Source: Candidatus Woesearchaeota archaeon
GTDB taxonomy: Archaea > Nanobdellota > Nanobdellia > Pacearchaeales > GW2011-AR1
Length of the DNA: 64,000 nucleotides
Assembly (NCBI GenBank): GCA_964494915.1
Contig: CAZBTP010000001.1
Span: 6,792-70,791, forward strand
Direction: 5' to 3'
Within the stretch, counting starts at the first letter, position 1; every line of letters starts with the position of its first letter. Of the stretch, positions 44,886 through 55,703 are shown in pieces. The notes beneath the pieces were generated by a model that did not search any database, had not been told where the DNA came from, and saw only the letters and a list, made by a program, of their open reading frames with translations. The position numbers were made by a program, and so were the translations under genes.

Positions 44886-47800
44886 AGAGCACAGGTATTA
44901 AACTAAAAGTCGTTGAGTCATTGCAAGACGATGTATACAAAGGAGTTGCACGAATCGATCCGCAGATCATGCGATCGATGGGTTTGATGAGGGGCGATAT
45001 TATCACAATTCAAGGCGGGCGAGAAACGCAAGCGATTGTCGATCGTGCATACCCTGCTGATGTCGGCGAGAGTATTATTCGTATCGACGGTCTGATCAGA
45101 AAGAATGCGCGTATTGGCGTCGGTGAGCACGTTATCGTCAAGAAAGCAACGAGCAGACCAGCAACAAAGGTCATTATTGCACCTGCACAGCAAGGGATTA
45201 TGGTACAAGGCGATCCTGAAATGTTAAAGCAGGGTTTGTTAGGACGCCCAGTTGCAAAGGGAGATATCATCTCATTAGGAGGAGTGCATCGCCGGAGAGA
45301 TAGTATAGGTGATGGTTTTCCTGACTTCTTCGGCGATCTACATGATCTGTTCGGAGGGCATCTTGCATTTCCTGGCTTTCAACACCTACGATTTATCGTC
45401 GTTTCAACAATACCAAATCAGCAGTGTTTTATCAATGAAGATAGCGAGATCGTACTAAATCCAAAGGCCGTTGATATCTCTGAAGATGCAATGCCGGGTA
45501 TTACATACGAAGAGATTGGCGGTTTAAGGGACGAGATTAAAAAAATACGTGAAATGGTCGAACTTCCGTTGAAACATCCTGAGATCTTTGAACGTCTTGG
45601 CATTGACGCGCCAAAGGGAGTTTTATTACATGGTCCACCAGGAACTGGAAAGACACTCCTCGCAAAGGCTGTGGCGAATGAGTCCGATGCTAATTTCATT
45701 TTGTTAAATGGTCCTGAGGTCATGAGTAAATTTTACGGGGAATCTGAGAAAAAGATTAGAGATATCTTCGAAGAAGCAGAGAAGCATGCACCGAGCATTA
45801 TCTTTTTCGACGAGATTGATGCGATCGCGCCGAAGCGAGAGGATGTACAAGGAGAGGTTGAACGAAGGGTGGTAAGTCAGTTATTATCAATGATGGATGG
45901 TTTAAAGTCAAGAGGAAAGGTTGTTGTTATTGGAGCGACAAATAGGGTTAATTCTGTTGATCCTGCGTTACGAAGACCTGGAAGATTTGACCGAGAGATT
46001 GAGATCTCTGTCCCCGGAAAGGAGGCGCGTTTAGATATACTAAAGATTCATACGCGAAATATGCCATTAACAAAAAATGTCAATCTTGATATGCTTGCAG
46101 GAAAGACGCACGGTTTTGTTGGCGCTGATTTGTCCGCGTTGACAAAAGAGGCTGCGATGAATGTTCTACGAAAGATGCTACCTGAGCTTAAGATGGACAG
46201 TGAAGAACCAATACCAAAGGAGGTTTTGGAAAAAGCTATTGTTCGCGTCGAGGACTTTGAAGATGCATTAAAGGTTGTACGCCCGAGTGCAATGAGAGAA
46301 GTTTTTGTTGAAACACCAAATGTTTCCTGGGAAGACGTTGGTGGCCTAGAAAAAACAAAGCAAGAATTGAAGGAAGCCGTTGAATGGCCGATTACGAATC
46401 CTGACGGCTTTAAACGACTCGGTATCAGAGCACCACGGGGAATCTTGTTGTATGGACCTCCAGGAACAGGGAAGACGCTATTAGCGAAGGCAGTTGCGAA
46501 GGAATCTGAGGCAAACTTTATTCATATTAAAGGACCTTCGCTATTAAGTATGTGGGTCGGAAAGTCGCTTCCCTATGAGGAAGAGGTTATTGTAATGAAA
46601 AATGGGCTTGTTGATAGAAAACCCATTGGAAGGCTTGTTGAAAACAAAGAGAAGGCTGATGTTATAAGTTTTGATAAACATAAAAAAGTAAAGTTCTCTC
46701 CGATAAAGGATTTTATACTCCATAATTCGGATGGGTCTCTTGTTGAGATCACTACTGCAAGTGGTAGGAAGATTCGTGTAACGAAAGATCATTCATTGTT
46801 TAGTTTGTATGGTACTGAGATTATTGATCTGCCAACGACTCATCTTAAAGAGAATGAGAGCTATATTGCGATTCCGCGGAAACTTCCTCTTCCTGAGATC
46901 GAACCGGAGCCGATTAATCTCTTGCATGTTCTTGAGGAAGAAATTTCTGTTTCTTTTAATAGCTATATTGGGGAAGCGGTTAAGGTGTTAGGAAAAGAAC
47001 GATCTGCCGAAGTACTTGAGATACCTCTAAAGTATATGTATGATGTGCTTAGCAAAGAGTTGGCGATCTCCGCAAAAGGATTTCTAGCCCTCATGAAGGA
47101 AGCAGGAATAGCGTTCGACTATAAGCAGACTAGTATCCATGTACGAAATAGCACCCACTCAATGCAAGCTTCTTTGATTATTACTCCAGAATTGTGCGAA
47201 CTTCTTGGACTATGGGTTGCTGAAGGCGATTACAATAAAAAAAGCGTTCGTATTCATGCGATGAATAAGGAGATACGAATGAGAGTGAGAGAACTTTTAG
47301 ATGTCTGTCGTTTACCCTTCTCGACTAATAAAGAAACCTTTAGTATCAACTCGTTATTATTCCAGCGTATCATGAAGGAAGTTTTCAAGTTATATGATAA
47401 AGCCCATAATAAGCGAATACCTGCTTTGGTGTTTACTTTACCACGGCGATATATTCATTCTTTTTTGAGAGGTTATTACAGTGGAGATGGTTCTATTTAT
47501 TCTACGAATGGAAGAAGTTCTGCTATTGAAGCTGCGACAAAAAGTGAGAAACTAGCGAATGATTTACTTTATCTATTGTTAGGGCTTGGTATCGTTGGAA
47601 GGGTTTATGAAAAGAGCATTGATACAGAACGCTATTATCGAGTTATGTTTATGGGAGTCGACTATCTCACCGTATTTAGCGAGATAGGCTTTATTGATAC
47701 CAAGAGAAATAATAGGATTCTGTTGTACATTAAAAGTAAGAAATGGAAAAGAAGTGATAATATTCCTATTACAGGAGATTTGTACACGCTTCTTCCAAAA

Positions 47801-48619
47801 TCACGAAGATCGAATGAAAGTATTGAACGAGAAGAACTGAGAAAGATTGGGAACCAGTTGAATAATGAAAACATATTAAAATTGGTTGATGCCGATGTTT
47901 ATTTTGATAAGGTCGTTGAAATTACCAATCTCGACTATTCTCTCCCTGTATACGATCTAACAATAAATCCAACTGAGAATTTTGTTGCAGGATTTGGTGG
48001 TGTGTTCGTGCATAATAGCGAAGAAGGCGTTCGAAAGGTTTTTGAGCGCGCGCGGCAGGTCGCACCCTGTGTTGTGTTCTTTGACGAGATTGATGCACTT
48101 GCAGGAAAACGAGGGTTAGAAGTCGGGACAAAGGTAACCGAACGTGTTTTGAATCAGCTCTTAGCAGAGATTGACGGTCTTGAAGACCTAAAAGACGTAA
48201 CTATTATTGGTGCTACGAATCGGCCAGATATGTTAGATCCGGCTATCTTACGACCAGGAAGGTTCGATCGAGTGATCTTGGTTGATATACCCGATGAAAC
48301 AAGTCGTCAGAGAATTTTAGAGATCCATACCAAAAAGACACCGTTGGGAGACGACGTTGATATACGCGAGCTTGTAAAGTTAACCGATGGTTTTGTTGGT
48401 GCTGATTTAGAAGCGTTAGTACGTGAAGCTGCGCTGAATGCATTACGGAAAGATAACAGCGCGAGTATGGTGATGCTTGATGATTTCGACGAAGCGTTCA
48501 AGAGGGTTAAACCCTCAGTATCGCGCGACACTGCGCAGCGATACAAAAAGATCGAAGAGTATTATTTAAAGCGAGCAAAAGCAGGATTAGAAAGTTCCAG
48601 CCCTATGTATGCAGGATAA
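44879..48619 (+). CDS. cdc48: CDC48/VCP-like AAA+ ATPase containing a 484-aa LAGLIDADG intein in the D2 domain
   Basis: N-domain, two Walker A GPPGTGKT, two DEID Walker B, SRH. Extein about 762 aa once 46565-48016 is removed. Confidence 0.9.
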   Translation: MVKSTGIKLKVVESLQDDVYKGVARIDPQIMRSMGLMRGDIITIQGGRETQAIVDRAYPADVGESIIRIDGLIRKNARIGVGEHVIVKKATSRPATKVIIAPAQQGIMVQGDPEMLKQGLLGRPVAKGDIISLGGVHRRRDSIGDGFPDFFGDLHDLFGGHLAFPGFQHLRFIVVSTIPNQQCFINEDSEIVLNPKAVDISEDAMPGITYEEIGGLRDEIKKIREMVELPLKHPEIFERLGIDAPKGVLLHGPPGTGKTLLAKAVANESDANFILLNGPEVMSKFYGESEKKIRDIFEEAEKHAPSIIFFDEIDAIAPKREDVQGEVERRVVSQLLSMMDGLKSRGKVVVIGATNRVNSVDPALRRPGRFDREIEISVPGKEARLDILKIHTRNMPLTKNVNLDMLAGKTHGFVGADLSALTKEAAMNVLRKMLPELKMDSEEPIPKEVLEKAIVRVEDFEDALKVVRPSAMREVFVETPNVSWEDVGGLEKTKQELKEAVEWPITNPDGFKRLGIRAPRGILLYGPPGTGKTLLAKAVAKESEANFIHIKGPSLLSMWVGKSLPYEEEVIVMKNGLVDRKPIGRLVENKEKADVISFDKHKKVKFSPIKDFILHNSDGSLVEITTASGRKIRVTKDHSLFSLYGTEIIDLPTTHLKENESYIAIPRKLPLPEIEPEPINLLHVLEEEISVSFNSYIGEAVKVLGKERSAEVLEIPLKYMYDVLSKELAISAKGFLALMKEAGIAFDYKQTSIHVRNSTHSMQASLIITPELCELLGLWVAEGDYNKKSVRIHAMNKEIRMRVRELLDVCRLPFSTNKETFSINSLLFQRIMKEVFKLYDKAHNKRIPALVFTLPRRYIHSFLRGYYSGDGSIYSTNGRSSAIEAATKSEKLANDLLYLLLGLGIVGRVYEKSIDTERYYRVMFMGVDYLTVFSEIGFIDTKRNNRILLYIKSKKWKRSDNIPITGDLYTLLPKSRRSNESIEREELRKIGNQLNNENILKLVDADVYFDKVVEITNLDYSLPVYDLTINPTENFVAGFGGVFVHNSEEGVRKVFERARQVAPCVVFFDEIDALAGKRGLEVGTKVTERVLNQLLAEIDGLEDLKDVTIIGATNRPDMLDPAILRPGRFDRVILVDIPDETSRQRILEIHTKKTPLGDDVDIRELVKLTDGFVGADLEALVREAALNALRKDNSASMVMLDDFDEAFKRVKPSVSRDTAQRYKKIEEYYLKRAKAGLESSSPMYAG
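46565..48016 (+). mobile_element. intein with LAGLIDADG homing-endonuclease domain inserted between WVGK and SEEGVRK of CDC48 D2
   Basis: Begins with Ser, ends VHN followed by Ser. Motifs [11 protein letters not shown] and [13 protein letters not shown]. Flanks reconstitute the CDC48 consensus LLSxWVGESE. Confidence 0.85.
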
Positions 48620-48711
48620 TCGTATTTTGAAACCGAAAAAAAATCGCTCAAAGAACTCCTTTCCAATTGGCATGGGGCGTCGGTTTCGATCGTGATTTGA
48701 AGCTTGGACCC

Positions 48712-48742
48712 TCTCACGCTAGGTCCCTCTCATCTCTTTTTC
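48712..48742. repeat. 31-bp direct repeat (copy 1) flanking the protease gene 48897-51782
   Basis: tctcacgctaggtccctctcatctctttttc is identical at 48712-48742 and 51777-51807. Confidence 0.85.
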
Positions 48743-48896
48743 TTTTTTAGCATGTTTTAATTAACGGGCTGGACCGCGGGGAATTATTCGACTGCACGTA
48801 CCGTCAATGCAAATCTCTTCTTCTATGCATTCCTGAAGTTGTTCTTCTCGAACACCGCAGGTGTCAACCGAGTAAACATCCGCATTGAAACATATT

Positions 48897-51782
48897 TTAG
48901 AACCGACAACTGTCTCCACGACATGAACGTCCACCACAGCCCGTATATAACGACGAGGGATTCCCACAGGAGTCAAACCAGTAAACATTCCCATTATAGC
49001 AGCTTTTGTATGCAAAATCCGAGCAACATCCTGAAAAATCGAATAAGCAATTGGAATTGCAACCTAATAGTCCACGGTCCCAACAAAAGTTTCCACAGGT
49101 TTTTCCGTTCAATTTGTTTCCTTCGCATTGTTCACCGGGTTCTATTAGGCCGTTTCCACAAATGGCCTGCACCCGGTCTATTGAAGAGGGATTTTCCAAG
49201 ACTACAAGAGCAACTGGCAGGCTTCCACTCCTCCGGAATTGGTTTATCGACTTCAGATAAAGGTTTTCCTTAATTGCGGGTTTGATTTGGGCATTTTGGA
49301 AATTGATTACAGTTTGGGGGTTAACGGTCTGGGAACCAATAACGATATTAGAGGTATCCAACAATTCAAATACCGCACTCGGCCGGTTGTCTGAATTGGA
49401 GTTTATTGAAACCAGTTTCATTTTCATGGTTTGGCCTTCAAAAATCCCTTTGCCTGTCAAGAAGATCATTGATCCCACGTCAATGGTTTTTGTTTCAAAT
49501 GTTCTGTCGCTGGGTTGTTCGATGCAGTAAATTCTTTGTCGGGTTGAACAATCGGATAATGATCTTTTGGTTCTTTCCCATTCAATCGTATTAGTCCCGT
49601 CAATTATCCCAGAAGCGCCTTTTACGGTGGCGCTATGTTGGTCAAAAGTCCAGTCCTGGCAAGTGAGAAGAGCACCCAAAGTCGGAGTCAATCGGTTGCT
49701 TGGTCTCAAAGGTTTTTTTCCAGTCCAAACAAAAGAGTTGACCAACGTTTTTGTTTCATCCAAATTAATGGGGTGTCGAATAGTTCCATCGGTAAGGTCA
49801 TTCCAATCATTTGCGATCCGTGTCCCGTCGAGTAACTGGTAGGGAAAGGGTGTTTCAGCGATTCCATTTCCTGGTTCCATAGCGGAAGTGCCCAGATAGG
49901 CTTTCCATCTTCCTCCCAAGTTGGCGTTGTCCGCGAGTATTTGGCATTGAAAGTCTGCCCCGCGTGTTCCACCGAGGTTTCCTGAAAATTGAGTGCTCGA
50001 AACAAACACTCGAAAGCGATTGCAATCCAATTCGCAGTTCGCAAGGTTTTCGTAGGGTTCGCAGACATTATTGCCACAAGATAAAGGAGAATAGGGTGGA
50101 AAATCAATTTTAACTTGGGTTTCTTCTAAGTTCGTCTTTAAATTGGTGATTCCAACATCGTTAAATGGTGCAATAACTGTTTGACCAGTTGGGATAATCG
50201 GCTTCAGCCAATCCCACTTATCATTTGTTCGCGGATTAGAATGGGGAGTCATATCGAGTAAAATAGGAGACGAGAAATCGTAATCGCTTAACTTTTTATG
50301 AGCCATCGGGCCGTTTATATCGTACTTTTCGCCACCATATATAGCGTCTTTGCCCAGGGGCTGTCGGAATTCAAGATAAAAAGTATAATCCTGCCTTGCT
50401 CCGCACGGAATTTTTAAGACTTTGGTGTTCAGACCCGCTCGTTCAAGCGGAGTTAACGCAATAATTGCATCCTGAGTCACATCCACTATGTTCCCTGAAT
50501 TAAACCAACCCAGTGTTTCTTTTTGGATGCTATTAAAATGTCCGTCGAGGCCGCCCATAATATCAAAATAATCACCATACTCGAAAACAGAACATGCATT
50601 CGGACTGTGAGAAAAAGAGACATCTCCGCATTCCAAACTGCTGGAGTGAGGCAGCCCCAAATTGTGCCCAAATTCATGAATAAATACGTTATAAAAAACA
50701 TCATCGAATCGATATTCTGCTATCAACAGAACCGAAGTTAAAGTTGAACTGCCATCTTGCGTATTAATAAAAGACGATCCGAGAGCAAATCCCAGACCAC
50801 ATGACACTCCGGTGGAAACAATGACTGCGATTCGTTGATAATCCGGATAGAAAATATCAGCATCGGCTACCTCCAGTGCCCTCTGAAGTAGTCCGTGAGA
50901 AGAACACACTTCTACGTCTCCTGAAGTTTCAATGTGGATGATATCCGAGGGTGTATCTCCTCCTTGGTACCATCCAAACACATTGCCAGTAAGCCATGTT
51001 TTACCGTAAGAAACTTCTTTGTAATAAGAATCAACCGAATCCGCATTGGTTAAACCGAATATGCGATCGTGAATTTCTTCTGGAGATACAGTGGGGGTAG
51101 GGCCATCCGAAAAAGCAACTAAAATTACGGCGATTTTTTGTTCTCCCGTCGTCGGAATTTGCGTCCTATCAACCTCAGCACCTGCAATGCCGAGTACTTG
51201 GTCCGCGTTCGCGAGGATAACCTGATTGTCAAGCGCGTACCCACTTAAAACCACTTCTGACCCTGAGTTGGTTTTAGGTTCCCCCATTGCAAAAAATAGT
51301 TCGGATCTCCCAGTTTTTTCTTTCAGAAAGTACCGCTGTTTATACTTTTTGTTTTCGAAGTCGTCCTCGTGCCAGACTTCAAATGTTCCTTGTTTTCGAA
51401 TGGACTGTTCAATATATAGTTTTATCCCTGGAGGCAACCGGTTTCGGGTTTCTCCCGGAAGTGCGAGTTCTAAAAAAGCCTTTGGGTCTTTTTTGATTAA
51501 TTGTAGCATTTTTTGTTTGCGTTGTTTGGCGAAGGTCACTCGTTTGGAGAGTGGAAGAGCATTATTCAGGAGTTGTGTATCGAACTTTTTGATTTGTTCC
51601 TTGTCGCTTACAGCGCTGGCAAAATCCGTTGCAGTGTTTTTTGGTCGAGAAGATGCAATCCCGGAATTTTCTAATATTAAATTTGGACCAAAAACCGAGC
51701 TTTGGATAACTGCTAGTATGCCCACAGCGGAGATAATAAAAACGACGAGTATCCAATTTAGCTGGTGCTTGAACGATCTCAC
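48897..51782 (-). CDS. secreted zinc metalloprotease, M6/InhA-like, with Cys-rich C-terminal region. GTG start.
   Basis: N-terminal TM/signal. EQKIAVILVAF...DSYYKEVSYGKTWLTGNVFGWY...HEFGHNLGLPH (HExxHxxGxxH). C-terminal Cys-rich modules. The start codon GTG lies inside the 31-bp repeat. Confidence 0.7.
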   Translation of the reverse strand: MRSFKHQLNWILVVFIISAVGILAVIQSSVFGPNLILENSGIASSRPKNTATDFASAVSDKEQIKKFDTQLLNNALPLSKRVTFAKQRKQKMLQLIKKDPKAFLELALPGETRNRLPPGIKLYIEQSIRKQGTFEVWHEDDFENKKYKQRYFLKEKTGRSELFFAMGEPKTNSGSEVVLSGYALDNQVILANADQVLGIAGAEVDRTQIPTTGEQKIAVILVAFSDGPTPTVSPEEIHDRIFGLTNADSVDSYYKEVSYGKTWLTGNVFGWYQGGDTPSDIIHIETSGDVEVCSSHGLLQRALEVADADIFYPDYQRIAVIVSTGVSCGLGFALGSSFINTQDGSSTLTSVLLIAEYRFDDVFYNVFIHEFGHNLGLPHSSSLECGDVSFSHSPNACSVFEYGDYFDIMGGLDGHFNSIQKETLGWFNSGNIVDVTQDAIIALTPLERAGLNTKVLKIPCGARQDYTFYLEFRQPLGKDAIYGGEKYDINGPMAHKKLSDYDFSSPILLDMTPHSNPRTNDKWDWLKPIIPTGQTVIAPFNDVGITNLKTNLEETQVKIDFPPYSPLSCGNNVCEPYENLANCELDCNRFRVFVSSTQFSGNLGGTRGADFQCQILADNANLGGRWKAYLGTSAMEPGNGIAETPFPYQLLDGTRIANDWNDLTDGTIRHPINLDETKTLVNSFVWTGKKPLRPSNRLTPTLGALLTCQDWTFDQHSATVKGASGIIDGTNTIEWERTKRSLSDCSTRQRIYCIEQPSDRTFETKTIDVGSMIFLTGKGIFEGQTMKMKLVSINSNSDNRPSAVFELLDTSNIVIGSQTVNPQTVINFQNAQIKPAIKENLYLKSINQFRRSGSLPVALVVLENPSSIDRVQAICGNGLIEPGEQCEGNKLNGKTCGNFCWDRGLLGCNSNCLFDFSGCCSDFAYKSCYNGNVYWFDSCGNPSSLYTGCGGRSCRGDSCRF

Positions 51783-51807
51783 GCTAGGTCCCTCTCATCT
51801 CTTTTTC
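51777..51807. repeat. 31-bp direct repeat (copy 2), overlapping the protease GTG start
   Basis: Identical to 48712-48742. Confidence 0.85.
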
Positions 51808-51986
51808 CTTTTTTTGCAATTGTAATATCCACTATTAATCTTCAATCGATTATTTAAGTTAATCATTGTTTTTATTCCTTTCGTTGCTTGATACTATTTA
51901 AAGGATCCTTACCAAGATATACATATACATCAGATAAGAAAAGAAACAAAGCACGCTCCTCCTAACAAGACCAAAAAGTTTCAAGT

Positions 51987-53378
51987 TTATGGAATAGTTT
52001 CCGCCATAAAAAAAACTTTATTTGACACAACACGAGCGTGTTTGTTATTATAAACAAATGAAGCACTCGCAGAAGGCAGTTCAAATCTACCAATAACATT
52101 AAGTGTTGTGTAGATTATATACGAATAAACACGTACCTCCCCTGCATTAAGTTTTTCTATGTTCCACGTAAGTCTCTTTGTGTTCGGATCAACATGCTCG
52201 TCCGATGTTCTGCCAAACTGTTCATAGAGTTTTGTCGCCGTTGGTAGCTGGTCTATTATTCTTACATGCTCAAGATATTTTTGTGCTTTTGCAGTGAGTG
52301 TAACCTTAAGTGCGAAATGGCTACTTTTTGTTTTTATGAATGATACCTTCTTATGAAGCGTCACTGGTGTGCGGATATAGATCCTTACAGCGAGCGTTCC
52401 AAGAATAATTATTGCAAGAATAATTGTCGGAAGAGTATAATTTGAGGTAGTTGATACAATTATTGAGTCGCTTGGGTTCAGGAATGATCGCCAGCGATAG
52501 GTAACATATAGTCCTTTCCGTTCTATTTCATGAGGCGTTGGTTCTTCACGAGTAAGAAAACGAGAGAGAATATCCTTTTTTATTTCTACAGTTTCTGCAA
52601 TCGGTGTATTTCCTTCGTTTGTTTTTTTAACAGTCGTTCTTCGTATGATAATCCCTTCAGACGAACGCTCAACAATAACGCCTTCCCGCTCTCTATAATC
52701 AAGTGTTATATCGAATTCTACTTTTTTGTTCTCGAGAATAATTCCAACACTCGCCGAATAAAACCCTGCTGCAATCTGTCGCGTTCGCTCTCGATCAATT
52801 GGAAGCGAAATATCTTTTATTTCATAAGGACCCAGTGTTAGTTTTTCTTCCTGGTCAAAGAATCGTGAGGTAAGTTGTACGCTGAGATTCTCTATAGGTA
52901 TACCTTCTTTGTTCTTTACGCGAACAGTTATTGTTGTATCCATCGGATTTATTGGCGCCGCGGTTATCTCAAAGATTTCCTGGATAGGAACTATCTTCAT
53001 AAGGAGTGTGTCTTTTGTAATTCCAGTGTTCTGCCCTCGTAGTTGATATTCGAATTGGTAGAAGCCGCTAGATTTTCGCACCTCTTTATTTGGATTTGCA
53101 GTTACTTCCAGTGTTGTCTTCCCTGATGGAAGATCAAACGTTCCCCTCGGGGTCATTGAGACTCCTACGAAAGAATAGATCTCAAAGGTGTCTTGCTTCC
53201 CGAGGTTATTAATCGTAAATTCAAAGATCGCTGGATTGTTGAGCTCCGCAATTACAATGCTATGCTTCTCCTTTTTTTCTATCTCTATTCCCTGGGCACT
53301 TGTAAGTGTTAGGAGAAGCATAAGTGAGAAGAGTGTACAAGAGAGAAAAAGTAACACGAACAACGACGCTCTTTTCAT
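51987..53378 (-). CDS. type-I membrane-anchored surface protein
   Basis: Signal peptide MKRASLFVLLFLSCTLFSL..., TM LPTIILAIIILGTLAV at about aa 305, and a cytoplasmic tail of about 140 aa. Confidence 0.5.
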   Translation of the reverse strand: MKRASLFVLLFLSCTLFSLMLLLTLTSAQGIEIEKKEKHSIVIAELNNPAIFEFTINNLGKQDTFEIYSFVGVSMTPRGTFDLPSGKTTLEVTANPNKEVRKSSGFYQFEYQLRGQNTGITKDTLLMKIVPIQEIFEITAAPINPMDTTITVRVKNKEGIPIENLSVQLTSRFFDQEEKLTLGPYEIKDISLPIDRERTRQIAAGFYSASVGIILENKKVEFDITLDYREREGVIVERSSEGIIIRRTTVKKTNEGNTPIAETVEIKKDILSRFLTREEPTPHEIERKGLYVTYRWRSFLNPSDSIIVSTTSNYTLPTIILAIIILGTLAVRIYIRTPVTLHKKVSFIKTKSSHFALKVTLTAKAQKYLEHVRIIDQLPTATKLYEQFGRTSDEHVDPNTKRLTWNIEKLNAGEVRVYSYIIYTTLNVIGRFELPSASASFVYNNKHARVVSNKVFFMAETIP

Positions 53379-53449
53379 CGTCCTAAAGAAGGGATGTGTT
53401 ATATAAATATTTGTGTTCTTTTTCGCGTAGTTTTTTCCGAAAGAGAAGA

Positions 53450-53950
53450 TTATCTCCGACCTGTAAGTTCGAGAAAGGCCTTCATTTCTTCTTTGATCGT
53501 TTTTACCTCTGACGATGTTTTTAGCTTTGATTCCATAACTCGTGAAGGAATAATATATTTGTTGTACGTATCCCTAAGAAAGCGTGCATAGGGCGAGGTT
53601 TCCCATTTCCCTTCAGGATCTTTCACAAGCGTTCCTCTAATATCGACAGAGATATCTCCCTTATTCATCTTTTTCTTTGTTCCGTCTATTTCAACCTCAA
53701 CATCAGTCAGGTTCTTTATCTCGAATTTTAGTTTCATCTCAATTGAGAAATAGTCTGAAATACGCTTGACCGCCTTCCATTCAATGAGAATATCACGTTT
53801 GTTCGCGCTTATCTTTTCGCTATATTTTTCTTCATCAACACCATATTCCTCATCACGAAACCAAGAGTGTGCGTAGTTATAGAATGCCCCGAAGTCAAAG
53901 ATTCCTGAGTGGTCTACTTTCTCACGGATGATCATCTCTTTATCAGCCAT
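53450..53950 (-). CDS. hypothetical protein
   Basis: 166-aa Lys/Glu-rich ORF. Confidence 0.4.
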   Translation of the reverse strand: MADKEMIIREKVDHSGIFDFGAFYNYAHSWFRDEEYGVDEEKYSEKISANKRDILIEWKAVKRISDYFSIEMKLKFEIKNLTDVEVEIDGTKKKMNKGDISVDIRGTLVKDPEGKWETSPYARFLRDTYNKYIIPSRVMESKLKTSSEVKTIKEEMKAFLELTGRR

Positions 53951-53989
53951 TTTTCTCTTTGGTAGTATGGAGAGGATTGTATTTAAAGG

Positions 53990-54922
53990 TTATTGGGAAG
54001 ACGATTGGCGAGGTCGGATATTAACAACTGCACCATTATTCTCTTTTGAGAGCTCACGTTCTTGATGATAAACCACAAACGAAACACGGTTGGTTTCTCG
54101 AGGGATATAGATATTGGTAACTGTTATAATGCGCTTTGTACCAATTGAATAATTTCCGATATCAAAGGTTTTTACCCTCTCTTCATTCGCTGAAAGATCA
54201 AGGAAGGCGTTTTTTGCTTCTTTGAGTCCGTCGTTTGCAATAATAACCTCAATATTCAGGTAGCGACCTGTTTTGTTTGCTTTTACTCTCTCTATAACAA
54301 GATCACTAAGTGCAGAATCACGGTAGAGATTGTTAATTTCCTCAATAATGTACGCATCTATTGTCTGCCGGCAGTTTGTAACCGGATAGATAATACTTGT
54401 TTTATGTGCATTATGGTCAAAGCCAAGAGCATGGAGAATTTCGTGCGTTGCTACTTGAGGAGTTTTGCAGCTCTCTGGACGGTAGAGTGCTATTTTTCCA
54501 GACGTGATCACCGCATATCGTGTCGCGTTGATAATCTCTGTTGGTCCGCCCTCCCCTGCAACAAAATGATTTTCTTGTGTTGGTTGTGGAGCAATGTTTT
54601 CACACGAAATCTCAATCTGAGCCTCTAAAGACTCATTAAACATAAGGATCGTTTTTTGTTGAAGAAGTGCAAAAGCCGCTCGCCCATCTGTTCTCTTTTT
54701 TTGGTCACAGGATTCACTAAAAGAATAAGATATAATCCTATCTGGATAGCGCATATTTGGGTAGAATTGCGAGCTTTTCGTTGAGATATTCTCGGTCGTT
54801 ATCGAAGTGAATGTCTCAAACTCTTGCGGCGGGGTAGGAAGATTTACCCAAAGAAAATAAATAGAAAATATAAGCAGGCTAAAAAGCACAAGGAAAACAA
54901 GTGCATTGAATACAACCCCCAT
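53990..54922 (-). CDS. membrane-anchored metzincin-type zinc metalloprotease
   Basis: N-terminal TM. HEILHALGFDH (HExxHxxGxxH). Confidence 0.65.
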   Translation of the reverse strand: MGVVFNALVFLVLFSLLIFSIYFLWVNLPTPPQEFETFTSITTENISTKSSQFYPNMRYPDRIISYSFSESCDQKKRTDGRAAFALLQQKTILMFNESLEAQIEISCENIAPQPTQENHFVAGEGGPTEIINATRYAVITSGKIALYRPESCKTPQVATHEILHALGFDHNAHKTSIIYPVTNCRQTIDAYIIEEINNLYRDSALSDLVIERVKANKTGRYLNIEVIIANDGLKEAKNAFLDLSANEERVKTFDIGNYSIGTKRIITVTNIYIPRETNRVSFVVYHQERELSKENNGAVVNIRPRQSSSQ

Positions 54923-54982
54923 TTCTCATCATGGATTTGCGATATTATAAATCTTTTTAAATCTCGAGCACATTGGATAAGA

Positions 54983-55387
54983 ATGAGATACGAGTTTTTA
55001 GAGCATACTGCAGATATAAAGTTTAGAGCATACGGAAAAACCCTCAACGAGCTATTCGAGAATGCTGTATTAGCTGTTGCCGCGTATGTGGGCAAGGGTG
55101 AGAAAATACACCCAAGAAAAGCGCGAAGGATCGAGGTACATGGCACTGATATTGAAAATTTGCTCTATTCATTTTTAGATGAACTCATTTATTTAATGGA
55201 TGCTGAGAAGTTTGTGACAGCAAAGGCAGAGGTGTTTGTTCGCGGGAATAATCTAACCGCCGAACTGTACGGTGATGCTGCTACTCAATACGAAGGTTTA
55301 GATGCAATAAAGGCAGCAACCTATGCTGACATGTATGTTAAAAAAACGAGTAAAGGCTGGGAGTTGCAAGTAGTCCTGGACGTATAG
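54983..55387 (+). CDS. archease
   Basis: MRYEFLEHTADIKFRAYGKTLNELFENA canonical archease N-terminus. Start chosen at the internal ATG because the track ORF (from 54824) overlaps the upstream gene. Confidence 0.85.
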   Translation: MRYEFLEHTADIKFRAYGKTLNELFENAVLAVAAYVGKGEKIHPRKARRIEVHGTDIENLLYSFLDELIYLMDAEKFVTAKAEVFVRGNNLTAELYGDAATQYEGLDAIKAATYADMYVKKTSKGWELQVVLDV

Positions 55388-55431
55388 TTATATGTATAAT
55401 CACCCAAAAAAAAGAAAAAGAAAAGCCAGGA

Positions 55432-55460
55432 TAAAAAAATCTCACCGCCTACTTAGGCGG
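55432..55460 (-). terminator. hairpin plus U7 terminator for the minus-strand surface-protein gene
   Basis: ccgcc-tactta-ggcgg stem-loop followed on the minus strand by UUUUUUU (aaaaaaa at 55432-55438). Confidence 0.45.
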
Positions 55461-55703
55461 CGGAGGTACGAGACAAATCTCTGTCGCGGTATTACCTGCA
55501 GCATCTGTAGCTACAATTATCGCATCACTCTTTAGAGTAATGTGTACTATAATCGCTCCAGCTTGGCCGTTCGTACTTCCTATCTTTTTTAATGACGCAG
55601 TCGCACCCGGCGCTTCAGTGATCTTTACCTTATCACCAGAGGCAAATGGCCCGAATGGACCAGAACCAGCACTATCTGTGACAAAGATCTCGACATCTAT
55701 GTC

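Noticed and set aside
48839-50107. Several 60-144-aa ORFs on both strands inside 48897-51782
   Set aside because: They overlap the long protease frame, which has a signal peptide and a perfect HExxHxxGxxH. Only the 48761-48896 portion of ORF 48761-49015 is retained, as a probable frameshifted continuation.
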